A stretch of 63,796 nucleotides of DNA, filler included, from Diploschistes diacapsis (taxonomy: Eukaryota), in the NCBI GenBank assembly GCA_023645945.1. It is 14 parts of 14 records of this genome, joined end to end, with 100 filler letters (N's around TTAATTAATTAA, not from the genome) between each part and the next. Parts side by side here need not be neighbours in the genome. Positions count along the whole stretch, not along the records: positions 23,821 to 45,796 come from JALAIB010000292.1; positions 45,897 to 47,435 come from JALAIB010002920.1; positions 47,536 to 49,074 come from JALAIB010002921.1; positions 49,175 to 50,712 come from JALAIB010002922.1; positions 50,813 to 52,349 come from JALAIB010002923.1; 9 more parts are not named here. One strand, given 5' to 3'. Below are positions 36,454 through 51,288 of this stretch, one piece after another (the stretch's first letter is position 1; every line of letters begins with the position of its first letter). The position numbers and the translations under genes were made by a program. The notes under the pieces are model-generated. The model made no database searches and was not told the DNA's origin. It saw nothing but the letters and a program-made list of their open reading frames with translations.

Positions 36454-38066
36454 CTACTTGAACACCTTCCCGTCGGCCCACTCGTACGTCTTGCCCTTGA
36501 CTTCAATCGGCTTGTCCCAGGCCCACATGTCGTCGACGAAGGTGTGGTCCTCGGCCTTGGAGGGGTCGAGCTTGGTGAACTCATACGACTCGTAGTCCGG
36601 CGCCACATCGAAGGCTGGCAGTGCCTCCTGCCCGCGGACGACGAAGGCGCCCTGCACGATGCTGTCGTTCGGTTGGCCATAGACGGAGGCGCAGCCGAAT
36701 ATGTACTTGCGCGAAGCTTCGAGACGGGCGAAGAAACCCCCTGGAGGCGAGCGTGTTAGCACGAGCTTTAGAGAAAGAGAAGAGAAGGGAAGGGAGTAGT
36801 AGACGGCCGCGGAGGGCCGAGTAGTAGGACGCACCGATGAGGTTGGACGTCATGAATGTCATGGTCAGCTCGTCATTGTACTTGTAGTCGATCTTCCACA
36901 AACTGTATTCGTCCGATTTGAAGTTTTCCCAAAACCATGGCAGCGCCACTTCTCGCGTCTCCTCGTTCGAATACTTGCGCTTCCAGTCATCTAGCACCAG
37001 CGTAGGCTTGCCTAGCGACTCGAGTGGGTGCTTCGCTTTTGGCGCCGGCCTGTCTTCTTCTTCCTCGTCTGCCTCTGCCTCTTTGGGCTTGGAAGCCGCC
37101 TTTGGCGCAGTTGCAGCGGCCGGTGCCTTTTCTTTCTTCGGCTGCTCTGGCTTGGCCGGGGGTACGTTCTTGATGGGTTCGTCACAGAGCACGATTTCGG
37201 GGCACACGTCGGAGTACATGGGCTGGTTGGTGACGGTCTCGAACCAGCGGGTAGTGTTGGGGTTGGCTGCACGCCACTTCTTATCGAGGATGAATTGGAA
37301 CGCGCGCTGCATGAGGCCGGCCGCGAAGAGGTCTGCCAGAGTCAAGCGCTCGCCGACGAGGAAAGTGTTAATGAGTAGGTGCTTCTCGATCACATCAACG
37401 GCTTTATAGAACTTCTCGAGAGACTCTTCGCCTGCGCGCTTGTTGAAGGGTATGCGGCCTAACGGCCCGAGAAAGTAGCCAATTGCTGGTGGAAGGACCT
37501 CCGTGTTGACGAATGACATCCATTGAAGGATGGAGGCATAATCTTGCTTGGTCTTGCCGAGGAGGGTTGTTTTCTCGTTTTGGGAGGTGACTTGTTTGCA
37601 GTTAGCCTCTCGGAATAACAGGGTATCGATGGAAGCTAAGTGAAGAGATGGAGAAGATTTAGAGGTCAGAGTGTGGTTAATTAGATCAACAGTAGTCTTC
37701 AGACAGGGATAACTGTATTTGATAATGTCTCTCATCATGAAGGTGCAAGTAGCACCGTGAGCTGGGGAGGCTTGTGAACAGGGTCACATACAATAGATGG
37801 CAATGGCGAGGCACTCAGTCAAGACATAGCCGTCGGAACCCTCAAAGGACGGGACTTTGTTGAGAGGGTTGAGCTTGGTGTATTCTGCAGATGCACCAGC
37901 TCCCACCTCCTTTATGACTATATCAAGATCGAGCTCGTTGGCCTTGGCTACTGCTAGAATAGCAGTCGACCGGACATTGTCCTGAGCAGGACATTAGTAC
38001 ACCAATTAGGGCAGCAGATTCGGATACTTCTCTTACCTTGGTCATGTAGAACTTTCCGAAAGACAT
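36454..38066 (-). CDS. tef4: Translation elongation factor eEF1B-gamma; exons 38066-38037, 37981-37792, 37590-36835, 36740-36454
   Basis: GST-like N-terminus (LNPLNKVPSFEGSDGYVLTECLAIAIY, TSQNEKTTLLGKTKQDYASIL) and EF1G domain (LDDWKRKYSNEETR..ALPWFWE, FMTSNLIGGFFARLEASRKY, ADGKVFK). Confidence 0.96.
37697..37742 (-). ncRNA. snR38: Box C/D snoRNA, snR38 homologue, in eEF1B-gamma intron 2
   Basis: Box C ATGATGA (37738-37732), guide CAGTTATCCCTGT complementary to the LSU rRNA sequence ACAGGGAUAACUG, box D CTGA (37702-37699) and terminal CTTC/GAAG complementarity. Yeast snR38 lies in the TEF4 intron. Confidence 0.9.
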
Positions 38067-38306
38067 GATGGCGGTTTACTCTACGAAAATTGTAGAAAAG
38101 GACGATGTATGCAGAGTTTACAAGTGGGGTGTCGATTTGCTGTGATAGAAAAATTACATGTTTTTGTTGGCTGAGTAAGGATGTTAGTTTTGCCGGTGCC
38201 GAAATAGCTTAGAACTTCGTGCTTGTATGCCAATCCTTTTCTACAGACATATCTCACTTACATATAGGCGTCCAACGCCAGCCATTCGGACGCTCGAGCT
38301 GTCACT

Positions 38307-38894
38307 ATGTCTTCTATTGCAGCGGAGATCACTTCCACCATTCAAGCCACCCACATCAATCGTGCTCCTTCACCACATCACGACATCAACCCATCAACAG
38401 CTGCTGATACCAAAATCCTGGTGGAGCCGCGGTCATCACCGCAATCGTCTCTTCCTTCGTCACCCGGTCACATTTCAACAGAACCGCGCCGACGACGGCA
38501 GCCTCTTCCTCCACTTCCTGATCTTCGATTCGAGCAGTCCTATTTAGCATCAATACCCGATGGAGCCACTTGTACTACCGTTGCATTTATTACTATGAGA
38601 GATCAGGTTTTATTTCCCCTATTCCAAGGGGTTCTTTGGTCTTTGGCGGTAGCAGGATGGAAACATTGGAACAGGGCTACCAACCTGAAGGGTTCAAGCC
38701 TAGGCGCAAGAGTCAGGCGTTGGTGGTGGGATGTCAATAACTGGAAGATACCAGCAGAAGAGCCAATATTAAACGAGCCGGCAGCAGCAATGGCACAAGA
38801 TGTGAAAGAGGTGGGTCGGTAACCTGTGGAGTTCAGTACTTCACTGATGGGCACGCAGTTCTATCAAGGACAGTTTGGAGCTGGAGGCGATTGA
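38307..38894 (+). CDS. DUF1770 fungal protein; exons 38307-38810, 38859-38894
   Basis: LPPLPDLRFEQSYLASI, RDQVLFPLFQGVLWSL..AGWKHWNR and LGARVRRWWWDVNNW. Confidence 0.8.
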
Positions 38895-39112
38895 ATTCAT
38901 AATAGTGTACTTGAGACTTGGGTTCTCACTATTACGGCGATGCGCTTCTGGAGTCATCTTCTAATTATTCGGCTTTTACTCAGCTTCTCTAATGACTCGA
39001 AGCCACTATATCATGGGAACTTCCTTCGAGTAAAAGACCGAACCATCGGCAACGATGATGCACTTCTTTAGAAGTAGGTGAGGTGCTCAAATCCAGTGGC
39101 GGACAGCCTCCG

Positions 39113-40077
39113 TTATGGAGATCCCTTCTTATCCTTCATACGAACGCTCATAGGGATAAACTGCAAGGATGAGAGGCTACTGGTAATAACATCAATTTCT
39201 TCATCCGCAGTCGACTCTTCGTGGAAGGCTTTTATTCCTTGTTGCGCTGGACATGCCGCCTTCCATCGGGTTGTTTGATTTTGATTCCGGTTATCTGAGG
39301 CTTGTGCAGACACTTTCCTTGCGCTGATACGATCCTTCTTCGCGTTCACGGAAGGCTGCTCTGAAGTCGGAGCCATCGGGTTCGTATAACGCTGCCCATT
39401 CTTGCCTTCGGCCACTCTGGCTTGCCAATTTGAATCTCCGACCTCGCTGACTCGGCGCCGACGTCCATTGGGTTGTGTCTTCCCTCCTCGAAGCATTGAT
39501 GATTGACGACCGATACCTCTATCAACCATTCTGAAATCATAATTACGTGGATATTTGTGCTTGTCTATCATGTGCAAGCGGCGTTTCTCCGCTGTTGAAG
39601 TGATTTTCTCACAGTCGGCAAGAAAACATCTGTACTAGATCTCCAAGTCAGCAAGTTCCCTAATTGTCATATACAAAAGGAGAAAGAAGGCCATTTTACC
39701 GTCTTCTCTCCTTTATCCTTTTGTGCTCCTACGAGTGGGTTGTGGCGTTCGTTCAGATGGAGCTCAAGCAGCCATGAAGAAGGAAGGTTGGCAGTACACG
39801 CTGAGCATCGATTGGTATGCTCTTGCGCGTAGTGGATGTCAAAGGCTGCGGCGGATGACAGTGTCAATGGCGCGTGGGGCGGCAATGTGCATTGCATCGG
39901 GTGGAGATTGGGAACTTTGTCGGCAGATGTCGAGGGTTGAGGCGACGTAGAAGTGCGGAAGTACTTGGGATTGTGAGCAGGCGCGTTGTATACTGGATCT
40001 GGCACTTTCCCTGCAGGTTGCTGTTCCATAGTACCTGACTCTGCGACTGGAGACGTGGATCTCGAGCGTTTTGGCAT
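39113..40077 (-). CDS. ZNF511-like C2H2 zinc-finger protein; exons 40077-39700, 39634-39113
   Basis: CTLPPH..L......FDIHYAQEHTNRCSACTANLPSSWLLELHLNERHNP...KTYRCFLADCEK..ST.EKRRLHMIDKHKYPRNYDF, with C-terminal LSSLQFIPMSVR. Confidence 0.82.
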
Positions 40078-40901
40078 GTTGCAGAATTCGAAGTGGCGGT
40101 GAGGCTGCTAATGCACAGCGCTAGTAGCTTGACTTCCCTTCACTTTGCGAAAAGCAACAGATAGGATGTCCTTGCCGATGGTGACGAACAATCTTTTAAT
40201 ATAATTATAGTTTGCGAAGGTATAGCCGCACTACCACTTGTCTGATGTCGTGGTCACCTTCCTAGGGAATAGACCAGTTATTAACACACAAGGGGGAATT
40301 CTTGAGCATCTCGGAAGCTCATATTCTAAGAAACGCGAAGTTTGACGGATGTTAACATCACTCGTTCACCTAGGCAAGTGTAACCCCCATACGCCTCGCA
40401 AATTTGAAGCAGTTCAAGGGGTCAACCCAAGCTCTCCCACAGAAGAACAACAGGAAAGCCTTTGGTGACACCGGACTTGATTCGGGCCGAGATGCACCCC
40501 TTTCCTTATCTAATTCGACATCACTTCAAAAGAAACTTTGTTGATCCCGGATAAAGTGTATAGAGAGCGAATAGATTGCAGTCTCAACGTTCTTTTCCGA
40601 CAACATCGTGCAAATATATCCTATGCAGCAAAATGGATAGACACTAGGCCTCAAGTGGGGGTATCCGCAGTGCTACCTCCAGCTGGGCACGACACTCAAG
40701 CGGCTCCAAGGCTTTGTCTTCCATCCCAAAGCATTGGTCTTTTATTGCAAACAGGCAGGAACACTGACGGATTACCCATGTTGCTGGACAAACATGTCGA
40801 GCATGTGTTATGTTTTTATTCCAATGACCTCAGAACCTAGCCTCTTCGAAGGCATCCAAAGATGAATTGTAGCACGATCGCTGGATAAGCTCATACCCAC
40901 C

Positions 40902-43409
40902 ATGCCTGCTAATTCAAGTGCTGGCGACCTGCCGGCACTATCAATTTTGAAAGCTGCTTCAAAGTTCGTGGAAACAAAAAAAACTCGTGGAAAAAAATCC
41001 TCATGAGTGGAACGAGGGTTTCCAAGCTGACTTGCTCGCCCAGGATTGTCCGTGCTGAGATGAAAAAGGTCAATTCCCTCTTGCAAGACAAGGACATTGA
41101 CCCGAGTGAGATCAACACTCGTCTATCAAAGTATCTCTGTTGCTGTCCAGAGTCATCTTGTTGTAAGGCTAATGAGGGCTAGGTTTCGATCTCGCAGCGA
41201 AAGTATCGTTGTTGGGAACATCCTCTGCGCAGTTGAATTGAAGGTCGAAAACCTCGTTTGGGAATATCATACTTTGGCCAATAGTTGGTACAAAAATCGT
41301 GTGCGTCTGTCCCGCAATATGCATATAGCGTCTCACAGTTATGTCAGTTCAAACGAATACAGGGCCAGAAGAAGCATGTAGAAGAGCGCAAAGTTTCCAA
41401 ACGGTACCTGGAGTTCATCAAAGCGGGTCAGAGATATTATCGAGATCATATTCAAAAGCTCGCTATTTATTTTGGAGGCGTTCCAGAATTAGAAGCTATT
41501 GCTCTAAAAGTGTCTGTAGAAGGTCAGCGCGGTTAGCCTCGTATTCCATGGGTAACTAAGTGTCTTTGCAGAGCTCGAGGATGAGTACAAAGGTGTTATC
41601 GAGAAAGAACTTCGATCACATGTACTAAGCTCGTGTTTTTATGCTCTTATTCGCTTAGGAGACCTCTCCAGATGGCGAGAGCATAGAAGGCCAGACGCAG
41701 CAATTAACTGGGCACCTGCAATCGGATTCTACCATCTCGCAGCGACAATTAGACCTGAGTCTGGAATCCCACACAACCAACTCGCGGTTATTGCCGCAGC
41801 TACGAAGAAGGGCTCTTCAAGTAGCCTTCGTGCAATTTACCATTTCTATCGTGCACTTACAGCATCAGAACCTCATCCGGAAGCTGAATCTAACCTTGAT
41901 CGAGAATTCAAAAGAATCATGCCGACCCCACTATCTATTCCGTTTCCTTTCACTCCATTCAAACCGAAAGTCCAACAGGTGGATCATGAGGCTCAGACGC
42001 TCAACGATTTGGTCGCTTGGTTTATCCGTCTACATGCAAAATGTAGAGCTGGAACCGTGCTTACCGATCAGGAAACGATGGAGAAGCGTGTGTTGGGTTA
42101 TCTCACGGTAAACGTAAGAGAAATCGCGATGCCACGACTACTCATGCAGCTTGCTCTCGTCAATCTCCTGGCCGAATATGCTGCGATCCGCAAGGTTGAA
42201 GGTAAGGTTGACCCCCAAAGAGCTAATGCGGACCGTCTGACGTCGATCATAGCTTCACCCAACAGTATGCCATTGGTCCAGACGCGCTCGTATTTCACAA
42301 AGCTCAACGTTCGCTTCTTCACCGCAGTCCTTGACCTTCTACACGTGGACCTAGCTGAGCACCTACCAGATATTACCTGGTGTGTCAAATCTGCAGATGA
42401 TCGTGTCACTCCACTCATGCGCCGTGTTCTGCCATGCCTGCGTCTCTACTCTTCTTGGTTGTTGTGGTCTCTTCCGCTTCTGACGCGACCACTTCATGAA
42501 GGCAAATTTCACGAGTCACTAATGCATGATCTCAAACGCATGTGGAGCATCTATACCAGGGCTCTACAGTCCATGGTGGACGCATTTGCCGCTAGTGAGC
42601 TGATTGCTATCGATTATCTACTGGAAGAGGATTCGGAAACCATCGGATTCATGCCGTTCCAGACACCTGTAGTAAAGGAACGCTTTCTCGAAGATGGTAA
42701 ATACCGCAAAGCCGACCGCCATAGTGCTAAGCGCCACCATCCTAACAAGGAGATGCTGGGAAGAGTCCGTGACTTCATATCCGATGGGTTGAAATTGGCC
42801 GAGATGAGGGTACTGATACTTATTCCTTGCCCTTTCAGCATCTTCCTAATTGATTGATAGGATTCCCCAATCGATATTTCTTTCAAATCACACGGAGCCG
42901 ATGGGCCTGCCAACGAATTCGAAGCAGATATTCGCCCTATTTTCGCATACAAAACGACATTGACCTTTAGCCCTCATTCCGCTGCTCCCGATCGACGATT
43001 TTCTCTGGAATCCTCACATGCCTCTTCCAGATTTTCAACCCAGAGCCCAAGCTCCATGGTCGAAGCGCGCAAAAGATCTCTTTCGCCGGACGATATGATG
43101 CAAGAGTATTGTGAAAAGATGGTAGATGATCTTGTCGGCCCTGACACCACTCCAAACAACCCATGCTACAATTACCCAAGGTTCCAGCCTCGCCTGCCTG
43201 GGGATCCACCGAGATCGAATACACCTCCTTCGTGGTCTTTTGAGGACCCTGCTTTCGATCTCCAGCCGTTCTCTAAAAAGAATTCGCCGGGTAAAAATCC
43301 GAAAGTCTTCCAAGCGCAACCAATGGACTGGCTCAGCAACAACATTGAAGCGGGTCAATTGACGGGCAGGAAGAATGTCGGCGATCCTTACTATCATACG
43401 TCGCCGTGA
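40902..43409 (+). CDS. Est1/Ebs1/Smg7-family (EST1 DNA/RNA-binding, 14-3-3-like TPR) protein; multi-exon, 5' end inferred
   Basis: ATG in CCCACCATG context at 40902. Spliced motifs VENLVWEYH, KKHVEERKVSKRYLEFIKAGQRYYRDHIQKL, LIRLGDLSRWRE, NWAPAIGFYHLA..I.PESGIPHNQLAVIA, AIYHFYRAL and YLLEEDSETIGF.P. Confidence 0.82.
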
Positions 43410-43887
43410 AGGATGAAGGTGGAGTGCGTGCAATTCGAAGGACAAGGAATTTTAGGTGCTTGCCTTATGCGCCTTTACGCTGTTTATCCCTTCCGTGTTA
43501 CTCACGTCAGTATGCATAGCCGCTGTGTACGGGACTAGGGCCGGGTCGGTGGAGGACCTTACGAGGTGGCTGATGTCGCACAACTTGTAGTTTGCTTGCT
43601 TAGTAGTGAATTGCGATTTCAATGGAAGATAAATTGTGCTGAAAGCTTCTGAGGCTGAAAGCTCAGACTTGCCCAATGAGCGTGGGTAGTCAAGCCCCTG
43701 AAAATGAAGTTCTACCTACCATAAACGGCTAGCGCGGCGCATATAAGCGGACTTTAGTCCTCAGTCAGTGGGATCTATCCCACCAATTCCGTCATTAAGC
43801 GTGATGCCGCATTACTAAACCATTCTCCTCTAACTTCCTATCTGAAGCTATCCAATCGCAGTAAGTGACCCGTAGCCAGCCTTGAAA

Positions 43888-45309
<1,422 letters not shown>

Positions 45310-45768
45310 CACGCCTCAAAAAATGAAGTCTTTCCAGGAATAAGGAAAGGTTGAAAAGCATGGCATCGAGGCAAGGTTCAACCCACGTTTTTCGAATGGC
45401 ATGTTGCAAAGACACGAGCTCCCTCAACGCGAGCACGGCCTATGTTTTTCTTTTCTGTATCATTATTCAACAGATACTATGCGAAACGTGCGACGATCCT
45501 CAAGGGTTAGACATGGTAAAGGCTAAGGAAAACTGGGGTTCAACAGGAATGAACTTTGCGGCCAGGTTCAAGAAGTGTGCAGAGAATTATAGAGCATGTT
45601 CAACTCACGCACAACAGCACTTTCATTTTTGGAATGTGCAAGACCGAAAAGATTTCACAAGCCTACAACCTATGTCATCTTCTCATAAGCCATTGTATAC
45701 ATGCATATGCCCCTAGCTCTTGTCCTCCTCAAGCCATGCGAAGCACAAATCGGGGTATCATATCAAAA

Positions 45769-45796
45769 CCTCCACCTCCACCTCCACCTCCACCTC
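45769..45796. repeat. (CCTCCA)n microsatellite at contig end
   Basis: Directly visible. Confidence 0.85.
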
Positions 45797-46695
45797 NNNN
45801 NNNNNNNNNNNNNNNNNNNNNNNNNNNNNNNNNNNNNNNNTTAATTAATTAANNNNNNNNNNNNNNNNNNNNNNNNNNNNNNNNNNNNNNNNNNNNGTCT
45901 ATATCAGTATACGCCAGTTTATTTATTATAAGTATAACTTATTCCGAAATTAATATAATATTTTTATTTAAAGATTCTAAAATATCTTTTATATATTTAA
46001 TTATCTTTTAAACATCCGAAATTAATAATACTTTTATTTTATATATCCCAACAATCGTCCCTTTTAGACGAGCGGCCATCGTATTAATTAGAAGTTGTTA
46101 AATCAATCCGACGTTCTTATTTATTAGTATAATAAAGACGCTTATTATCTTTATATAATTCTTAGGGGATCTATGAATGCCTTCGGGATAAATTAATTTC
46201 GTAAACTGTTCGCTCTATATCTTGTTAATTTTTTTAATTATATTGCTTATCCGTAGTAACTTTTGCCTGTAATTTCGCGTAAGCTCCTTTACCGATTCTT
46301 ATTCCTTCTCATAATCTACTTCTAATACACCTGCCGCAATATATGAACTCTCTCTTTCAACCTCTTCAACAAGCTATCCTAGGTAATCTACCGTAAGATA
46401 AACTATTACCTTAATCTTGATTCTAGTTTCACAAATTAAGGGGTATCTGTCCCTTAACGGCTGCTTTCTTACATAATTAATGAAATTCTTTATCGTATTG
46501 AAGCTACTTCCATCTGCCAGTACAATTAATATTTAATAGCTTTTAGCTTGAATATGACTTCTTAACAGAATTAGGGGAGAAAAGGAGCTCGATGCTGGTA
46601 CGAGAGGTGTGGTTTCGGTTATTATGACGATGGTTCGTAATTCAATAAAATCTCTAAACGTAACTAGCAGGATCTTAAAATAAAGATCTCAGAAG

Positions 46696-47435
46696 TGTTA
46701 CAATCTAAGGTACTGTTCGGCAGTATTTGGCACGCAACAGCTAGTCGGGCACTTCCCAGCTATTCCTTATATATAGTCCAATCAGGATGACACGGGTCAC
46801 GTAATGAATAAAAGATCTTAAAAACCATTTTACCCAGTCGTAGGTAGAAAGGGAGAACGATAATTCTACTTATCTATTTATTTATTCTGCTAAAGAAGCT
46901 GTTGGTTATATAAAAACGTCGCCATGGTTTCTATAAATCTAGAACGTGTTTACTTTTATAAACATCCTTAGTCATTATTTAGGATTAATTTATATTCGTT
47001 ATCTTCTATTATTAGAAAGCTTTCTTTTTAAAAATAATTTAAGACCTATAACTATTCTATCTTCTTCTTTTATTATACTTCTTTTCTAACAGAAACCAAA
47101 CCTATCTTAATCTTACTCGTGTATACCTTATATAAATAGAGATTATAACACTTAAATACTTTTAAAAATAAATATTACTGGTAGCATAACCGAGCGATCG
47201 TTATCGATGGCTAAATCCGCACTATTTCGCGTATTTAGGATAATAATACTACTAAATAAAACCGATATCTCTATAAAGGACACTACGGAAGCTAAAGGCG
47301 ACGACCCCGGAAATAACGATGAACCTAACGATAACAAATCGAATAAAAAACTTATTATAAAAATTATAAAATTAATAACGTTTCACGGAAACCGAAAGAA
47401 ATTAAAATACTAAATACTTTAATTTTCAATATACT
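46696..47435 (+). mobile_element. Ty3/Gypsy family B: 5' LTR (46696-47150) plus start of gag, RIP-mutated
   Basis: TGTTA...TAACA termini. Downstream ...KLITFHGNRKKLKY*IL matches gag FxGDRxKLxxW. Collinear with 59722-60526. Confidence 0.8.
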
Positions 47436-47535
47436 NNNNNNNNNNNNNNNNNNNNNNNNNNNNNNNNNNNNNNNNNNNNTTAATTAATTAANNNNNNNNN
47501 NNNNNNNNNNNNNNNNNNNNNNNNNNNNNNNNNNN

Positions 47536-47701
47536 TAATTTATATTCGTTACTTCTATCATTAGATAGTAATCTTTCTAGAGATCAAAAGAGACCTGTTA
47601 CCGATCTACTTCTTCTACTGCTTGCACTCCTCTTCTAACAGAGACCAAACCCACCTTGATCAATACCTCGTGTCTACATTATAGAGATAGAGATCATAAC
47701 A
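47536..47701 (+). mobile_element. Gypsy family B LTR 3' part
   Basis: Matches 46987-47150 and ends GATCATAACA. Confidence 0.7.
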
Positions 47702-48164
47702 CTCGATAATCGAAAATAAGTTTTTATTATTTAGACTATTTACGCGGACGATTATACGTTAAATAATAATTCTTGAAATCGAGATTAAGATACTTCGTAC
47801 GGCGAATAAAACACTTAATAAACGAAGAAGGATTAAAAAAACGCGTGTACGAGCTGAAGAATTATTTAACGTATTAGGAATAATCGCATTATAATCTTTA
47901 AAGATCGAAATTCGTATAAAAAAGACTAATATATCTAAAAATAAAAGTCGTACGAAGGAAATCGGATTACGCGTACGATGTTATAATAAATATAATTAAT
48001 CCGGGCATAATGCGCGAATTTATAAAATAAAATTTATAACTTCTAAAAAAGATATTAATATAATAAATTATCGTAAGAATTGATTGCGTAAATGTAGTTA
48101 TAACTCGTACGAATCGAAAAGGGTGTCCGCTCGCTATGAGTATCCGCTCGCTATGCATATACGT
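47702..48164 (+). mobile_element. pogo/Fot1-type DNA transposon family 2, 3' end
   Basis: RIP-altered C-terminal CCHC knuckle (VRCYNKYN*SGHNARIY). Terminus with duplicated TCCGCTCGCTATG ending ATACGT|TA. A second copy lies at 55480-55621. Confidence 0.65.
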
Positions 48165-48643
48165 TAATGCAAAATGTGAGAATAAGGTATGGCGATGGCT
48201 ATTCAATTACAAGATTTATTTGCAGTAGTTGATGTATTGGTTAAATAAATTTGTAGAATTATCGTGTGGGCTGAACTCGGCCAATCATTAAGTAAACTTA
48301 AAAAGATCATAATTAAAACGATATACCTCAAGATTTTTTTCAAAATTACCGAATTCGAATTCGAATTCAATAAATATTAGTATAACGTGTTTGACGGGGA
48401 TTTCCTAGATGTTACGATCCGAGGTTCCGACCTCGTCATGTCTCAGCCATGGATTGTATCTAGTTACACTTCGCTAATAAAATTGGTAGAGTTACGTGAC
48501 TCACTTACTATTCGCGTTTAAAGCTTTATTTCGAGTTTATAATCGCTTGCGCGAATTTAATCTGTTATTAACGCCGACATCTAATATAATAAAAAGGTCT
48601 CGCCTGCTTCGTCGTTATTTAGAATTCTATTAATAATCGTATA

Positions 48644-49074
48644 ACGTGTTTCACGGGGATTCCGGCCACCCCCAGATTCCGGCCACCTCAAATCACTATC
48701 GTTAATATTCTCCGGTTTTTAGATACAACCTATTCGTCGTAATTAGAACTAATCGATTTAAATCGAATCTATCTTTTTTCTTTTTCTTTTTCTCGATTTT
48801 AAAAACGCGACGACGTTTTTTACGCGTTATAAATCGTTTCGAAATTATTTAACTTGACTTAACTCGAATTGTTATTTTAAGAATCTCGTCTATATTAAAT
48901 ATAAAACGATCTTTTAATTCGATTCGTTTATTTAATTTACGTTTTTTACGATTATTAAAAAACGTTTTTTTTTCGGGTTTCTTTACGAAGCGTTATGAAT
49001 TTAATATACGTCGATTTAAATATACGGATTATTCGATTCGAATAACGTCGAATCGGGTTAATTAATTTTAAAAC
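48644..49074 (-). mobile_element. pogo/Fot1-type DNA transposon family 1, 3' end
   Basis: TA|ACGTGTTTCACGGGGATTCCGGCCACCCCCAGATTCCGGCCACC terminus; reverse complement of about 50850-51286. Confidence 0.8.
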
Positions 49075-50812
49075 NNNNNNNNNNNNNNNNNNNNNNNNNN
49101 NNNNNNNNNNNNNNNNNNTTAATTAATTAANNNNNNNNNNNNNNNNNNNNNNNNNNNNNNNNNNNNNNNNNNNNGGTCTGGGCATAGGGAGGAGGATTGG
49201 GGGGGCGGTACCTGATGCTATATCATATCACATTTCGTCGCATGAATACGACAACGGTAGGGAAGCCCTCGTGGTGGAGCGAAGGCCGTTTCGTCGCAGA
49301 GAGAGTACAAATAGGCACCAAAAATCTCGATAAGAACCGAGAAGTCGCCAGCCAGCCAGGCTCGTTATGAATGCTGCTACTGTTGTTAGATTGATATGGG
49401 GGGCCAAGGAAGGCCACAGTTCGTTAGCCAGGTCTTTCCTCTCGCGCCTATAGAAGTTTGCAGTCGGGTCCCGTTCCTAGCATCCATCTCGTATCCTAAT
49501 CCAATCCAATAAATGACAAGTCAACAGCGATGGCCACCCAGCCCCTCTGCAGGGAGGGCATCTTCTTTTAGGGGGACACGAGTCTGACAGCAGCCGACTG
49601 GTCTCGGAACTTTCTTTTTTTTACTACTCTTCAGCATCAGAGGATGGCTCTCCGCGCGTGCTGCTGTGCGGACCTCCTTGAGCGAGACCAGTCTGGCGAG
49701 CGTGACCGGGTACGGGAAATGCGATGGCGCTGTACAGGTGGAACAGGCCCAGATACGTTAGTTGTTTCCCAGTGCAGTACTGAGCACGCAGTGGGTTCTG
49801 CACTCGTGGGAAGAACGAGTGAGGGGAAACACTATATGCCCAGAATGTATTTCACAATACCTGGAAAAGCTTGTCCACTTGTAGCTCCCTTCCTCAAGCT
49901 TTTTAACCCTCTGGCGTCCCATGGGAACTGCTGTATCCAGCATAGCTTCTTCGGATTCAACAGCCGGTAACCGAGAGGTAAGCTATGCCAGAAAGTTTCG
50001 TTTGTAGCGAAGGACCACGGCCTTGTCCGCAGTCGTGGTCTTTTTGATCATCATAGTGTGAATATTGAGTGAGGCCGTAGATGGCTGGGGTCGTTGTATA
50101 GCGGCATTGCGGCATTATTCGATGGCGGGAATGTCTTTGGTGGTGACAGCAATGATGCCGTTGAAAACCCATGATAAAAAGGTGGTGATAGTGTTCGCAA
50201 GCGATAAATCGATACAGAAAAACGATAGAAGAGCCATAGCACTCTGGTCATCCCATGACTTGCAAACTCTGGGGCACCCCAACGCAACAATATCCTCCCC
50301 CCCTCATACAACCTTCAGCATCGCCCATCTCGTCCTGTAGAATAAGACCCCTCTTTCATCTCTTCTCAACAGCTGCGTTAACAATCCACCCCGCCTGTCT
50401 TTCCACCAAGCCAAGCCATGTCAGGCTGCACTTCCTCTTCCGCTCCCCCCCGCCCTCTTCTCTCTCTCCGCCGCCGCAGCAGCCGCAGCTTTATCGGCCT
50501 CTTCTCCAAGGATCTTGGAGGAGGCCATGAACCTGTTTCCGAGGCAGAAAGTCAGCACAGAACCCTCAAGCAAGTGTACAAAAACCATGAGATAAAGTAA
50601 AGCTCAGCCCGCTCTCCGCCCCATCCAACGCTCCTTCCAACCAGAACGTGTGAAATCAATCCCTCGGCGTCCTCCTCGCCCTCAAAAAAAAAAAACCTAT
50701 TTCCCCAAAACCNNNNNNNNNNNNNNNNNNNNNNNNNNNNNNNNNNNNNNNNNNNNTTAATTAATTAANNNNNNNNNNNNNNNNNNNNNNNNNNNNNNNN
50801 NNNNNNNNNNNN

Positions 50813-51286
50813 GCGAAAGGCCAATAAAAAGTTTAATTAAACGTTACGAGCCGTTTTAGAACTAGTTAGTCCGATTCGACGTTATTCGAGTCGAGTAATC
50901 CGTATGTTTAAATCGACGTATATTAAGCTTAAAACGTTTCGTAAAGAAAACCGAAAACAAAAAACGTTTCTTAATAATCGTAAAAAATATAAATTAAATA
51001 AACGAATCGAATTAAAAGGTCGTTTTATGTTTAATATAGACGAAATTCTTAAAACAACAGTTCGGGTTAAATCGAGTCGGATAATTTTAAAACGATTTAT
51101 AACGCGCAAAAAACGTCGTCGCATTTCTAAAATCGAGAAGGATAAAGATAAAAAAGATAGATTCGATTTAGATCGATTAGATTCTAATTGCGACGAACAG
51201 ATTATATCTAAAAACCGTAAAATGTTGGCGGTAGTAATTTAAGGTGGCCCACTTCTGGGGGTGGCCCGGTTCCCCGTTAAACACGT
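50813..51286 (+). mobile_element. pogo/Fot1-type family 1, transposase C-terminus plus right TIR
   Basis: SPIRRY...RKENRKQKTFLNNRKK...KRIELKGRFMFN resembles a Fot1-type tail; ends CCCCGTTAAACACGT|TA. Confidence 0.8.
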
Positions 51287-51288
51287 TA

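Noticed and set aside
36581..37738. 385-aa ORF starting MMRDIIK
   Set aside because: Its start is box C of the intronic snoRNA, and it reads through introns of eEF1B-gamma.
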